64,000 nt of DNA from Blasia pusilla (lineage: Eukaryota), in the NCBI GenBank assembly GCA_050084515.1, contig CM114271.1, positions 44,888,001 to 44,952,000 on the forward strand, given 5' to 3'. Below are positions 39,911-53,424 of the stretch, in pieces. The stretch's first letter is position 1, and every line of letters begins with the position of its first letter. The position numbers and the translations under genes were made by a program. The notes under the pieces were generated by a model. It saw nothing but the letters and a program-made list of their open reading frames with translations, did no database searches and was not told the origin of the DNA.

Positions 39911-42045
39911 CTTTTGAGGTTTATTTTATAATAAAGTGGATATATATTCAATGGTAGACTATATATCACAACTTCAACTTAACAGGAAAATTTAACAATA
40001 CATGAGGCAAAAGTCACAAAAGAACATCCCCTTTGCATGGGAAAAGAAGACATGCCCGGGCGCAAACATATTCCCTCAAAGACTTACATCATCCCATATA
40101 CCAATACCTATCTTATTGGAAATTTTAAGAACTTGAGAGAAGTATCCAAATTTTATAAGAGAATTTTTAAGCTTAGATTTTTAATGTGTATTGAAAGATG
40201 GGATGATATAGCTTTTCCAAATGGGGAATTTCTCATATCTCCTTTCAATTGCATCTAAATTATTGAAGTTTTGTATAACTCAGATATGTATGGACATTTT
40301 TTGAAATATTTAAGCTTAGATCCTGAATTCTTTATTCGTAGAGAGGATGATGTAATTTTTTTAAGGGAAATTGTTTTGTACACGTCTTCTTTTGCCATGC
40401 AAAGAGTGTTTTTTGTTCGTCTCATAGGCTCTTAAATTTTCTGGTTAATGTTGAAGGATAAGTAGGTCACTCATGAAAAAATAATTATATAATGTCATTT
40501 TTGAGGAAATAGAATTCCTTTGATGAAATCTTTGAGTGCAATTTTTAAAAATAAAACCCTTATCCTCTCAATTTCTTGGATTTTTAATATAAGATTTTTT
40601 ATCCATCAACTTGTTGCTTTTATCTATTAAATTTATAAAATAAAGAAATCTCATCTGAATATTAAAATAGAACTTTTATGTTTGGTCATTCCAAACATAA
40701 AAGTCGGAAGAGTTTCATTATGTTTAAAATGTGATAAAATTCATGAGTACTTAGAGTGATGCTTTCAGACGGCATGTGCCTTTTCGGACCGCCACCCACA
40801 CGTTTGAAGCGAATACCAACTCCCAAAGTCAGTGCAAAGGTAGTCCTTAAGGTAGGGGTGCGAAGACATCAATCCAGAAGTTTTCTCACGACATAACAAA
40901 AGTCGTCCTTTTTGGCCTTTCCTCTCGTAAAACTTGAAATCATAGCTTATCGTTCCTTTCTTCCATGGAGGCCAGGAGCTAGCTCTGCATGCTCCAATGG
41001 GGGGCTATGGGGATTATTTCAAGTAGGAAAGAAAAAATCTGGGTGCCCTCTACATGTGCCAAAAATACTTTGCAAAAAGGGTAATAGGGATCCTCGCTGG
41101 AAACTAAAGCTAGTAGACTTGTGCAGCAATTATGACACTCTGGAATTAAGCTAGGAGAAGAATCTCAATGATTATTATATTTTCTGATTATTAATGATAC
41201 TTTTTCATTTTATAAAATAGCATTATATGAGATACGCCAGACACGTCTTAGATATTGGTCCGCGGTCGCAAACGCACGAGACCCTGACTCACGAGGTGAA
41301 TATTTATTACGACGTCCTTTTAACCAAAAGGTTATGAAAGGAAAAGGCCGTAAATATTAGCCCCACTAACAGTAGAAACTTCCAGGACCCTGAGGAATGC
41401 AAAACACGTGGCTCAGAACTATTGCTTGGGCCGAGAGATTCATTCCACAGTAACAGGAGGCATGCTCTTCTAAGGCGCGGTGGACAAGTTTGCGCCACGT
41501 GTTTGTGCGCACCAATTCCATAAAGCAAAGGACCACCCATTTCCTGAAAAGAATGCGAAGCGTGAATGGATACTAAGAGTGGCAGAAAATTCGGATTTTT
41601 TGTTTTCTAATTCAATCAATATACTATTAGGAGGACTCATTTTCATGACGTTCAATATGTGATAATAATATTTGTATTCAGAAATATATTTAGATGTGGA
41701 TGATCCATTTTAGAGAGAAAAAAATATTTGAGATAGTGTATAGATCGTAATCTATGTTATTATTTGATGAGCGTTTTTCAAATGACAGCAATTTGAAGGT
41801 TCACCAAGTGTCTTTTTCAATTCAATAAGGTGTGGCATCTATGTTTTTAAGTTTTTTAATAAATTATTTTTAGGAACCCCATGCAATGCATAGTCCCTCG
41901 CAGGTCCTAGACGCCTAACTAGTTAATATTACTTGGGGCGCCAAGTTTTTGTAGCCTTTAGGATTAAAAATTGGAATGGAGTATGTCACCCCTAATTCAT
42001 ATAGAGCAATTTGTTTGCTTTTTCTTTTTTTAAAGGCCCCACCCT

Positions 42046-42143
42046 ATTTCTTGATTTTTGCGTGTCATCCTTGCGCAGGGGCCAATGGGCCATGCTAATC
42101 TCCTTTGTATCATTCCAATTTTATCAGATGTCCCCGAAGGGAC
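42046..42143 (-). pseudogene. U6 snRNA pseudogene
   Basis: Reverse complement reads GTCCCTTCGGGGACATCTGATAAAATTGGAATGATACAAAGGAGATTAGCATGGCCC(ATTGGCCC)CTGCGCAAGGATGACACGCAAAAATCAAGAAAT, i.e. plant U6. The ACAGAGA box is mutated to ACAAAGG, there is an 8-nt insertion in the ISL, and the 3' end is missing. Confidence 0.9.
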
Positions 42144-42969
42144 ATCCGATACAAATCTATAAGTGAGTGGAGATTCCATGGAAGTTCATAGTGCCCACCC
42201 TAAACTCTTCAAAACATTCCTACACGTGGTCAGTTTCATATGACCACAAAGTACATTGTAGCATTAGAATTCCTTTGATTTGACACACGGGGAATCTATT
42301 TTTCAAAGTGCCCTTGCTAACGGGATTATAATTCTCTACCTCTATGTTTCGGATTATGTACCCATGGTTTCACATCTTCCCAATTCCCAAAGTCTTCCCC
42401 TACCTAAAAGTGTCAATTTTTGGCGAAGTGAACAAACAAAGCCCAACTTCACTTTTATTTTCTTCAAGATGTATGGTGTAGTTTTTAACTCATACATCAT
42501 AAAATTATAACAATTATTTTTATATGCAAGAGTTTATACACCATTGAATGGAAAGAAATTGGAATAGATTTGCATCTAGTACCACCCATAAGCAAAACCT
42601 ACAGAAAAGGAAACTTCCTCTTTACGATATAAAAAAACCTCAAAAGTGGGCAAGGGAAATAGAAAATATGTAGCCAAGAAAGAAAGAAAACATGTATGAT
42701 TCTCACTAGCTTAGAGGTGTTCTTTGGATCCATTGGGTTCTAAGGGATACTAATACTTATTTGCCTTGAGAAGCACCAAATGCTTCTTTAGCTTTATGAA
42801 AGGACCCAATGAAATCAGATTTATTTTACGATAAGAAAGGTTAATTAATATTCGATTTTTGGAATTTCTATACACATCGTATCAATAACCTATACATCAC
42901 CCGAATTGCCACTAGAAAAAAGTCACCTCAAGACATAATCAAATGAACGACGAGAGGTATAATATCCAA

Positions 42970-45850
42970 AGAAAGGTAATAACATCTCAAAAGAGGAGTC
43001 AAAAAATGCATCATGGAATGCAAAAAGAAGATGGCAACTAGCCAACACAAACACCAAATCAACAAGCTACACGATTGATAACCTAAAACAAGTCTGACAA
43101 CAACACTATTGGTTGGTGAGACGTGAACGGATGATCAGGCGAGCGACCACCACCACCTCCGCACAACGTATCAATGCCAAGGCTTGTGCACGTTGTAAGG
43201 CCACTGAGATGCATTGCCAAAAATAAGTAGTAACTACAAAGAGAGAAGGACTACATGAAGGGGCAAGGTGATGATTCTCAAGGGAGTGGTGAGCACATGT
43301 TTTCAGGAAAGTATCAAAAGACATATGTAAATGACCGAATACTTCCACTCCAAAAGGAATAAGTCCATCGGTCGTATGCCTCACAACATAACTTAACTCC
43401 TTGATTCTTGCCGTTGCTTCGGCCACTGAACCTTTGGTATGTGCGGCTCGACACACCAAGTCACAACTTGTTGGATCAAAAACCAGTGCATCACCTAGTG
43501 TCTGGAATCCACCTCGAGACATAACAAGATCAACTCTACGATGACATGTTGCTTGTGTGGTTGAAGGTAGGACATGGAGTTGCTCTTGCCTAATGGTGTA
43601 CCATGCAGTATGAGCCACCAATGATATCGCCTCTCTAATGACATCATGTGTGGCCGTTCGTTCTCCACCATATGCACATCGAAGAATATGGATATCCTTT
43701 GAATCAATGGGATATCTGCATACACAATTCAACAACCTAACAGAGAAGGATGGATAAGTCCAAGCCGTAACCCCAAAGTTATCGAGAATATACTTCGAGG
43801 AAGACAAAATGGAAGAATAAGAGGATTTGCAATAAGCCACGCTCAGACTCTTGTACCTACACATGAACGCAAATGAGCCCAATGAGCGTTAGAAGATGCC
43901 TCAAAAAGAATGCTGGAATTGTTTATTTGGTGCAAATTCTTGGAGATATGCTCTTGGAGTTGATCAAGCCCTTCCGTAATCAATTGACTGAAAGGTAGAA
44001 TTGCTTATGTAGCAAGTGAAAGAAGAGCTCAGAAAGATCTCAGTTGTTGTTGAAATAACAAATCTTCCTCCTCTACATGGGCGACATGATACATCAAGAT
44101 AGATGTTTCTCCTCGGAGAAACCTTGAAACCATAATCGGTGCCACCAACACCCAACTCCCCAAATAAGTTGTTGGATCAGATGTGGCTATGGAGGAAAGC
44201 CCCATCCCTCCGAAAGAAATAGGCAAGATAGCTTGTCATGAAACCAAACACCCTCCTCTCCCTCAAATGTGTTCAGGCCAAGAAGTTGACCAAAAGTTGC
44301 CAAGATAGAAGCGTCAAAAGAGGCCAAACGATGTAAGAACCTTGAAGTGGGAGGACAAGTGCAAAGAAAGTACGAGGGATATTGTAGAAAATATTGGGAG
44401 AGAATCCCATAAGCCACTTGGAATCCCCTAGATGAGGTAACAAATCAAGCCATTCCACGTCTTTTAAAAGGGCCTCATCCAATAACTTCGAGACATAGTC
44501 AATGAAGCCAATTAGTACCCCGAGGACCCTAACCCCTTCAATGTAGATGGGAAAATCAAGAGTAGGTGGGGTGAATGTTGACGGAAGGCATGAAGGAGAC
44601 CATACCCGATATTTACTAGGTTGGACTTCAAGGTTTAAGAAAGAGAGTTGCTCCACAAAATGGGTATAAGTAGGAACCACTTCAGTAGGAGGACATATAA
44701 TGTGAGTGTCACCAACAATAGAAGGGACGAGACAAGATGGAAATGCTTGGGCTGATGCTAGAAGGGTACAAAAATAGGCAATGGCAAATAGTGGGTCACC
44801 CATGGGATCACCTTGACTCATTCCAGAAGTTGATTGGATAATACAATATTCCCCCGAAGTAGCATGATGAGAATAGATAATGGGCGTCTCATAGGCATAG
44901 AAGGAGCGGAGAAATGGAATGAGACTTGCAAGTTGTCCTCCTGCACAACATAACTCCTCAAAGATGGCCGACGAGAAAATGAATTGAATTTGTTAACCAC
45001 ATCAACTTGAATTGCTACCCACTCTGGATGAATTTCAAGAGTGGAGCGAATCCCATGCACCTGAGCCTCACAACAACTAGGGGTTGCCACTCCCAATCGA
45101 TGAGGAAATAAGTGAGGACGAAGTTGCAAGCATAGGGATCGATTAGCCAAGCGATATAAAACCTCTCCAATAGCCAAAGGGCGGACATATGAAGGAGGCT
45201 TATCCATAGCCAACAAATGACAAGACACTAAGAGCCTAGAGATAGAGAATGGGAGACGACTTGCCACAATATGTGCACACACCTTATATATAGTGATAAA
45301 GCCAGTTGTTGAATCTTCCTGGGATAAAGCAATCGCGGAGATGCTCAAACATCATGCTTGATAGCCCGCTTGCTGATAAGCGAGCAGTATGAGGAAAGCC
45401 CTTGTGAAAACCTCCCTATCAATCTCCAAGTCAAGATCCATTGTTTAGCCTTCCATAAAAGGTGGTGCATCAATACTTGAAGGAGGGTGAAGAGTTTCTA
45501 AGAGAGCCACCGTGTCTGCATTTGGAACCCCCAGAGAGAGAGGACCCGATGCTCAAGCCACACGTGAAAACTCACCAACTTGCCCCAAAAGTAGACTTCT
45601 TCAAAGACCTTGTTGTATTGAAGGCCTCTCATGATTCGCATGTTGAGTGGGATTAACAGTAGCCAAGGAAGTACATGTTCATTCTGAATATTCTCCCAAT
45701 CCCCATACATAAAACGCTTGATACCTGTAGAGGTTTCACAATGATCCGTCACACCGCCCCTTGGAAGGAGGACTAAAACCCATTGTGGGAAGAGTAATAG
45801 GAGATACCAAACATTGATATATGTGGGATCGCGCTAACCTTTCTAATGGG
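42970..45850 (-). mobile_element. Degenerate CRE-clade non-LTR retrotransposon (RT, CCHC knuckle, restriction-like endonuclease)
   Basis: VRPLAIGEVLYRLA, LGVATPSCCEA, DVVNKFNS, SQGDPMGDPLF, IVGDTHI (degenerate YxDD), LPISFGGMGL, CVC...HILRC..GGERTATHD and RRVDL...D...K...FGVEVFG. Frameshifted. Confidence 0.88.
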
Positions 45851-47079
45851 AAAAAAAAAAACTTGTTGGATGATGGGGCTTGTCTTGATTAAAGTATAGC
45901 ATATAATTCATAATTTAATTACTTAATTACTCTTTCCCTCTCTAAAGAGATACCTTTTTCTTTCTATAGCATATATCATGGTCCAAGCTAGGCCGATGGT
46001 GAAGTGGGGAGATTAAAAGCTCCTCCATGAGATGCCCTAATATTAAGGTAGAGGGTATAAGTTTCGTAAGTGTCTTTAATCTTTTCATTAAAAAATTAAC
46101 TCGTGTTACTTCTTAACCTTATAAAGACCTGAGGTTTGAGTCATTCACATTTTTGGGGAGAAGAAATGGAGAGAATGGTGATTATCACATACATAAAAGT
46201 ATTATTGATATATTATAAATAACTACTCAAAATATGTATTAAAATCTCCTCTAAATCTGGAGTTTAGTGGATCCTGAAATCCTGCATGATGTAATAATTA
46301 TAGATGATTCCTCTTGTGTGTCGGTGCCCGTATTAAAAAAATATAAAGAGCAGTAGATTTTTCATAAACGGGGAGAACCGGGGATCATTCAGAACCTGCC
46401 CGTCGATTTGGAAAACTTCTGAAATAGATTTAAGAGATGCCCCAAATCTTATCATGGCTTTCACAACTGTTGAGTTTGTCTTAATTGAAGAGACCGGAAC
46501 TTGATGCTGAAACTCTGCGATCCACCAATCGGGAGGAAGGGTTTTGTATGAAACGATTTTTTTTCTCACTAAAGTTGACACCATAAATGGGTTATGGTGT
46601 CAACTTTAGTAAAGTAGTTCGATTAGAGTAGGTCTCAATATTTCCGAACTCTTTATGCGTTTAGCTCAGACGAATTTGGACGAATGAATCGATCTCCATC
46701 ATAACTACAGAGACGTACGACAATAATTAGTTAAATGTATTCTAGCCTTTCTAGGATATTTAGTCCATTTATTTCTACCGGAAATCACGACAGTCGAGGC
46801 GCTGCGAAAATGCTAAGCGTGTACACCTGGATTTCCACGTCACTTCTCTATCCGATGTGGACAACCTAAGTGGAGTTTGTCGTCCACGGAGTTCCCGTAA
46901 TATACTCCCATATCGATCAGCTATCATCGTCATTCCCCGTCACCTGATGCCGACGACGGCCCGTTGGTGGGTGGCGCGCAGTGTGGCTTGTGCAGGACGT
47001 GGGAGGGAGCAGGTTTCATAGGAACTTCCGCCCGGGACGCTCATCCCGAAGGAGAATCTTTCCTTCGGTAGCGGATACC

Positions 47080-47266
47080 GCTCACGCCGGTTTTGGCGCT
47101 TGGGGTTTTTTTTTCTCTCTGTGATACCTCTTTTGAATTCCCATGGGTTTATATTCTGTACGTATATTCATGGGAATTGACTCTCGCGCCTATTCAGGCT
47201 CACGCCGGTTTTGGCGCTTGGGGTTCTTTTTTCTCTCTATGATACCTCTTTTGAATTCCCATGGGT
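47080..47266. repeat. ~69-bp direct repeat pair
   Basis: gctcacgccggttttggcgcttgggg...gatacctcttttgaattcccatgggtt at ~47080-47148 and ~47198-47266. Confidence 0.9.
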
Positions 47267-47579
47267 TCTCCATCCCAGTTTTCACTAAAATTTATTTCTG
47301 TACGTAATATTCTCGGCCTATTCGTGCTCGGGTTATCTAACTCGAAATTAGATTCATGTAAAGACTCGTGCAAAACTAACTTCCCCGAGCACCTAGACCT
47401 GCACTATGACAATGGGCGAACCATCTATTCCCTGCATGATAGGTATGGAATTAATAAATCTTTGAATCTGTTACATAAAATGGAACCTGAAATGTAAAGA
47501 TCTTGATCTCCGGTTAACTAATCCGAAGATGAATAGACGCGTAATAATAATAATCATTATTGTTTTTCTAAGAAAAGAA

Positions 47580-47967
47580 TTAGTTAGCATGTTTTTATTT
47601 TCGTATAACACAAATATTTTTAGATGAATTTTTAATGAAAAATATTTTTAAATTTTTGAAAGAAATATTGACATCCCATTCCTCAATTAAATTTTAAATC
47701 ATATCACACTCCACTAAATAATTCTACGCTTACATAATAGTTCAAAGAATATTTATTCCTCCTCCTTGGACTGCTCCCATTAAATAACACATACTAATTG
47801 AATCACAACTCGATTTACAGTTATGAACTTGTTCCTCTTCAATTAAATTTGATTTTTCCTTCCCAAAATTAAAATTAAAATAAATTAAAAATTTTAACTA
47901 ATTAGTATTTTTAGTATATCTTTATTTTGTCTTATTATGCATATATAATTTTTAAAAATAATATAGA
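47580..47967 (-). mobile_element. Third, more diverged copy of the Helitron-like unit at 17898-18752
   Basis: Shares tagttagcatg..., ...taaataattc..., ...ttttccttcccaaaat..., ...ttgtcttattatgcata...ataatataga. Confidence 0.55.
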
Positions 47968-48067
47968 TAATTTTTGATCTCATATGTGTCTAAACTTGTT
48001 AAATTTAAAGTAGACAAGTTTACAAATCAACCTTCCAATGAAAAAATATTGAATATGGAAATGTGAT

Positions 48068-48998
48068 TGTGGTGACCCTCGTAGCCAAATGTACGACGTC
48101 CAAATGATGATGGTCATGATCTAGTAGAACAAGACCAAACGTCAAGGGGAACTTGAGAGCTCAAGTCCCACAAGAGTTGGGCCCCAAGGGGATACCAACC
48201 GGACTTAGAACTTGACTTAGTGTTAGAAGGTTCTCTTTCTTTTATGTCATAATGGCTAGACCCAATATACGTTTGGGATGAATAAGGCTTTGTTGGAAAG
48301 CTTATGAGAAGATGATTCTAATGCACTAAAGATCTAAACAAACGCATGAGCAGAGATCAAGAAACCATCCCTAAGCTATCACGGTGATAATTGGGTTAAT
48401 GGCCACAAGGAGCATACAAAAAGGACTTTCCCACAAGGTAGAGAGGGGAATCAAGGGATGTAGATCTCTAGAGCTATATATAAGGAGGAGGGTCCAAAAG
48501 GGAGTTTGGGATCCGAACCCCACCTTAGGGAACCGTAGAGGTGAACCAAGCACAAGATGGATCGAGAGGTTGGCTTCGAGATGTGGACACCAAACCAAGT
48601 CCAAGGGGATTAATTATGGATATCAACCTTAGATCTTGACCCGTGATTTAGATACTAGATCTTGATTAGAGACTCGTTCGAGATCCATTTGGCAGTTGGG
48701 ACTGCTAGGCGTGTTAACATGATTTTAGGTTCTTGGACTATCGAGGAAAGTATGTCCCAAATCTTGAGGGATTTGCTTGTGTTGGGGAGTGGAGGGTTAG
48801 GTCGGTATCTGACCTCGCTTAGATTTTTTGAGCTTGAAGGATAGCCCCTGTTCACAACTTAGAAGACGCAAGACGAGTTGACCCAAAAATGGCTAATGTG
48901 AATGTGTTTGGATGCAGATCAGTAATAGGGCGTGATCTACTGAATGTAAGCTTAAGAAATACATGAGACCAACTTTCAAAAGGAGTAACAACACGATA
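48068..48998 (+). mobile_element. Solo LTR with 5-bp TSD GTGAT, related to the solo LTR at 53425
   Basis: gtgat|TGTGGTGACCCTC...ACACGATA|gtgat (terminal CA decayed to TA). Shares blocks such as gtgtttggatgcagatcag...gcgtga.ctactgaa with 53425-54455. Confidence 0.8.
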
Positions 48999-50065
48999 GT
49001 GATGGCATAGTTGCATGCCTTCTATATTTTTTTATTTTACAACATCATCAAATCAGACCTTAGATTCATGTACATATTGTTATCGTAGCTATGTCAGATC
49101 TCATGGTGGTTCTACATGTCTCAACTCTAATCTTTAATTTGTATGGATGTTAAAGGCAATCCAATCTTAAAAGAACAAATGTCCATACATATACACAATT
49201 TATTATTATCTCAAAATTATGAACTTACTATTTTCAAACTAACTCTCCTTTAAATTTTTTTAAAAAAGGCTTCATTTTTTTAGGAATATAAGTACTAAAC
49301 AAAATAATTCACCTCTCCTCTTATTATAATGTATATGGTGTCTCGTTCGAGCATATTACTCGTATTACTTCTTAGGATCAATTGAATGAAAACTAATTTT
49401 TTTAATATATTTCAAAGTTAAGATTCTTAACTATACCAAGGTTTTGTCACTGAATCGGTATGAGGGAAAATTAGTGGAAGGGATATGCTATGGAGGGAGA
49501 TTAGTGGGAGAGATAGGATAAATAAAATTGAGTTTGAGTTGGTAATGCATATGAACAAAAATACACGGATTTAATGGCCTTCAACATAACTTGTTATAAC
49601 ATGTTTAGTTTGAGGTTATGTAGAGGATGTCAATATCGGTGATGTCTTGTGTTAGGAGGTATGCAATGGTAAGATGGTCCAGTGGGAGATAGCAAGTAAC
49701 ATCAATTCTGAAGGTTGTCAAACCGGAGGTCTTGTAAAGTCCGTGACAATCAATTGGAGCACCACTAGAAGAGGAAGATATGTCGCATGACTACAAAGCA
49801 TTTGGAGGAGATTCCTCATGCGATAATAGAAGATCCATGGGCCAAGTGGAATGACACGCGGATCCACGTGATATATATATATCACCCTAATCATATTAGG
49901 CCCTAAAATAAATTTTCATCATAAAATACAAAGTAGGAAATAAAGCTATCTTACAAAATAAAAATATATTTATACGGTGACAAGCAAAGAAGACAATAAA
50001 GGAAATTTTCAAGAAAATAGGAATAGTTGTGTTAAGTAGGAGTAAAGTTGGTTGTTATGGAAATA

Positions 50066-50433
50066 TGTCATGACCATACAGATTATATCGTAGAGTATAG
50101 TGTGCTAGTAGAGGCCATACCTTATGTAGGGTCGTAGTGTATAGGTAGAGATGCAGTTTCATACATAGGGTTGGGGGTTACTCTGTTGAGGGTGACCTTT
50201 CTAGTAGGGGCCCGCTCTTAGGTTGGAGGATATAGTGTGGAGTGCACTCAAAGAATAGTTAGTTCTTTGAGTTGAGCCTGTTGCATTGGGAGTTAGCCTT
50301 GGTAGTGAGTAGAGCTCTTGGCTATGGTGGTTCCTGCAAGCTTCCACGTGGATTCTCCCATCGTGGAGTGGGTTTGGCTCGATCTATGTGATTCTATAAG
50401 TGTTTTATGACATTATGTCTTTCACGGATTTCA
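50066..50433 (+). repeat. Terminal repeat A1 of the gypsy element
   Basis: Colinear with 60062-60417 from tgtcatgaccatac to tttcacggatttca, with scattered substitutions and one ~10-bp indel. Confidence 0.9.
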
Positions 50434-52129
50434 CTCAAATAACTAGAGTAGATGGCTGGTAGCTTCGATCGTGGATCAGTAGGATCTGGTTAGGGCTGAT
50501 GGTGTACTCAGCCGTGGATGTTCGTGGCTTGTGGCCTATGTTGGAGGTGTGAATCTGGTGCGTGGTTGGATGAGGAAGAAGCGCCTTGCTGAGAGCTTTC
50601 CAACGCATTTTAGATTTTGTTAAGGGAGTTGGAAGTTATCAAGGATTGAAGATTCTGGTTCATGTTCAACGGTTTTCTGATATTGAGAGTTTGGAGTGCG
50701 GAAGCTCTTTTGAAGTTCATCCAAATTGGGTGAGAGGTTCCTGTTGCTACCTGTATTATGATCTCATGTGAAGCTATTTGCTTGAGTATGTGGAGCGTTG
50801 CGGATTTATGTGTGCATAAATCTGGGCGGAAGCACTGTCGGATTTTGGATTCTTGAGGTGTATGAACAACAATTTTGTCTGATCTTTAGCTCGGAGTACA
50901 AAGCTCATTTGTAGCTGATTTTTTGTGGAGAGATAGCTAGGATGGCCAATCGAATTCAAGTCAAAACAGATTCAATTTTGGTTGAGGATTTGTGGAGTAA
51001 TTTCTGATCAAAATTCTCCGGACTAGCTCAATTTGTGGATAGCAGATCGGAGGGGCTGGTTGGTTGGTGATTCATACGTTGTTGCTCCGGTTGGGGGCGC
51101 CCTGGTTGGGCCTCTCTCCATAGCAAAGAATGGCTAAGTGTGGCGAACAGGGCATGTCTCGAGCATTTCTCAGTGTTTCGAGGCTTCGAGGCAACTCGTG
51201 GTAGCTCGGGGCGAGTGGGCGTGAGAGGCGGAGTAAGGAGCAAGGAGCAAGCAAGCAAGCTTGCTTGCTTGCTTGCTTGGGCGTGAGGCAGTTTTTGCAG
51301 GATTTGTGAGTTGAGTGTTGCATAATTGGTCACCCATCTTTGGGCTATTCTGCCTAGAAGAGGCTTAACTGCTGAGTTCTTAACTAAGCCATTGTACACA
51401 CTAGTGTAGCTCATTTAGTGTTATTCGGAGATGTGTTAGGCGCTTTGTGCATCTCTGGTTTTTGGTTGATGGACTTCTACGCATAGTATGCTCCATAGTA
51501 TAGCCTTTCCATGCAGGTGATATTTTCAGGGGCTGTGAGTCCGACTAGCACGTCATCGACCAACGGCGGAGTAGCTATTACGTTAGAATTGTGTGATGGG
51601 TTCTGTGGATTCAGGGGCGCCACGTTTGGTGGATTGTATTACCTTGATTTCCATTTCCGATTGGAGGGTTGTCATTGGACTTCCTGTGTTTGGATCCCTT
51701 CCATCGTTGCTTCTTTCTTACGCGCCCATTGTTAGGGTTGACGCTGATTTCCAGAGTAGTGTTACTCCTGTGTGCTACCGGTAGTGAGGCTGGAGTGATG
51801 ACCAGTAGACCGTGGGAGGCTTCTTGTGGTGATGACATGTTAGGTTGCCTACACCTATAGCTAGTAGAGCTAGAATAGTATAGCGATATCGACGTCACTT
51901 GGTTACTTAGTGGTGGTGATTTGGTGGTGGTGCGGCATCGGCATTGGTCATCACGGAACTGTCGGGTGGTCTGGTTGGGGATCGTGGTGCGGACAATGGT
52001 GGTTTCACACGGAGTGGATTTAGGTATCGGCTACCTTTTCCACTTCCGACGGTTGATGAAGAAGAGGACGAGGATGTTCCAAACACCCAGTCTTCTACGT
52101 TGTTATCGAGTGTTGCAGCTCCATTGATT

Positions 52130-53424
52130 TAGGACATGGACGGGATATATGGGGCCATGAAGGGCCCACGACGATACTCGGATGCAGTGGGCACCATTGA
52201 GTTGGAGTAATTCATGCAGGAGTTTGATACGTGGTGTGATATGCAGATGTTGAGGAACGTCACGTTGTTTACATCCTTCTTGGCTTGGAAGGGGTTGTTT
52301 CAGCACTTGGAGGGACCACCCATGGATGATTACCATGAGTTTAGGAAGGACCATGTTGCTGAGATTGAGGCGTGGAGACAATATTGGTCTCCAAGCTATG
52401 TGTCTATCACCCATGGTGGTATTGGTAGTAGTGCTCCTACTATGCCTGCCAGCCCGACGTTGAGTGGTACGAGTACAAGCCGGAGTGGGGGTACCAGTGG
52501 AGGTACCCATGGAAGTACCAGTGGGGGTACTAGTGGAGGTACTAGTGCCCCACCATCGTTTAGCCCGGTTGCAGAACTATCATGGAGTGAAGACAGAGAA
52601 GTTGAGGAGTCTTCAAGAATTTGAGCGAAAGACTGGTGAGAGTCTTCGTGAGGCATACACTCGTATGCGACGCTTGATTTCAATTACCTAGGGTGTGACT
52701 CAGGCTCAGGTAGTCCAGTTTTGGTATGGGATCTTGGACAGAGAGTTGCGCCGCAGGGTATATGATGCTACTCTTATGAGTGATAATTCACCCACATTGA
52801 CCCATGTGTTTGCTCTATCTGAGAAGATTGAGCTTAACATGGTGGAGGAGAGAGTGGTGATATCCGCATTTAGTAGGGATACAACTACTACTTCTCGTGT
52901 TTAGCAGTCCACCTCACAGTCTCGTAGTAGTGGTGGTGGTAGTAGTAGTGGGAGTCGTGGGGGGTACACACAACCTCAATGAGGTCTTAGAGGGACAATT
53001 GCGCAGAGACCATTGCCTTCATTTGCTGCCCCGCAACAAGGACAGTCATGTTGGACATATGGAGGTGATCATGTTAGGAAGTTTTGTCCCCAAGAGGATG
53101 GGAGACGGACTTTGGAGGATGGGCCTCAATCGGCCCCAGCTCAATGTGATCATTGCGGGAGACCATGTCATCCTCGAGAGCGTTGCTTTGATCTTCATCC
53201 AGAGTTGAGATCACGCCGCGGCCATGGTGGAGTAGCTCCGAGAGGCCGAGGTGGTAGAGGTGGTAGGGGTGATAGAGGTGGACCAGTGGTTGGAGAGCCT
53301 ACGGTGGCTACCCCTACCATTACGACACAGTCAGCTATGGCTACCAGGATTGAGCAGTTGGAGCAGAAGTTGGCTATTATGGTTGGTATCCAGCATAGAT
53401 CAGGTTCGGGAGCAAGGGCTTCCA
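52130..53424 (+). pseudogene. Gag of the gypsy element (frameshifted, interrupted by a solo LTR)
   Basis: FERKTGESLREAYTRMRRL...QFWYGILDRELRRRV (capsid-like), knuckles CWTYGGDHVRKFC (degenerate) and CDHCGRPCHPRERC, and RGG repeats. Confidence 0.8.

Noticed and set aside
42046-42143. Functional U6 snRNA gene
   Set aside because: ACAGAGA box mutated, 8-nt insertion in the ISL, 3' end missing and no clear USE.
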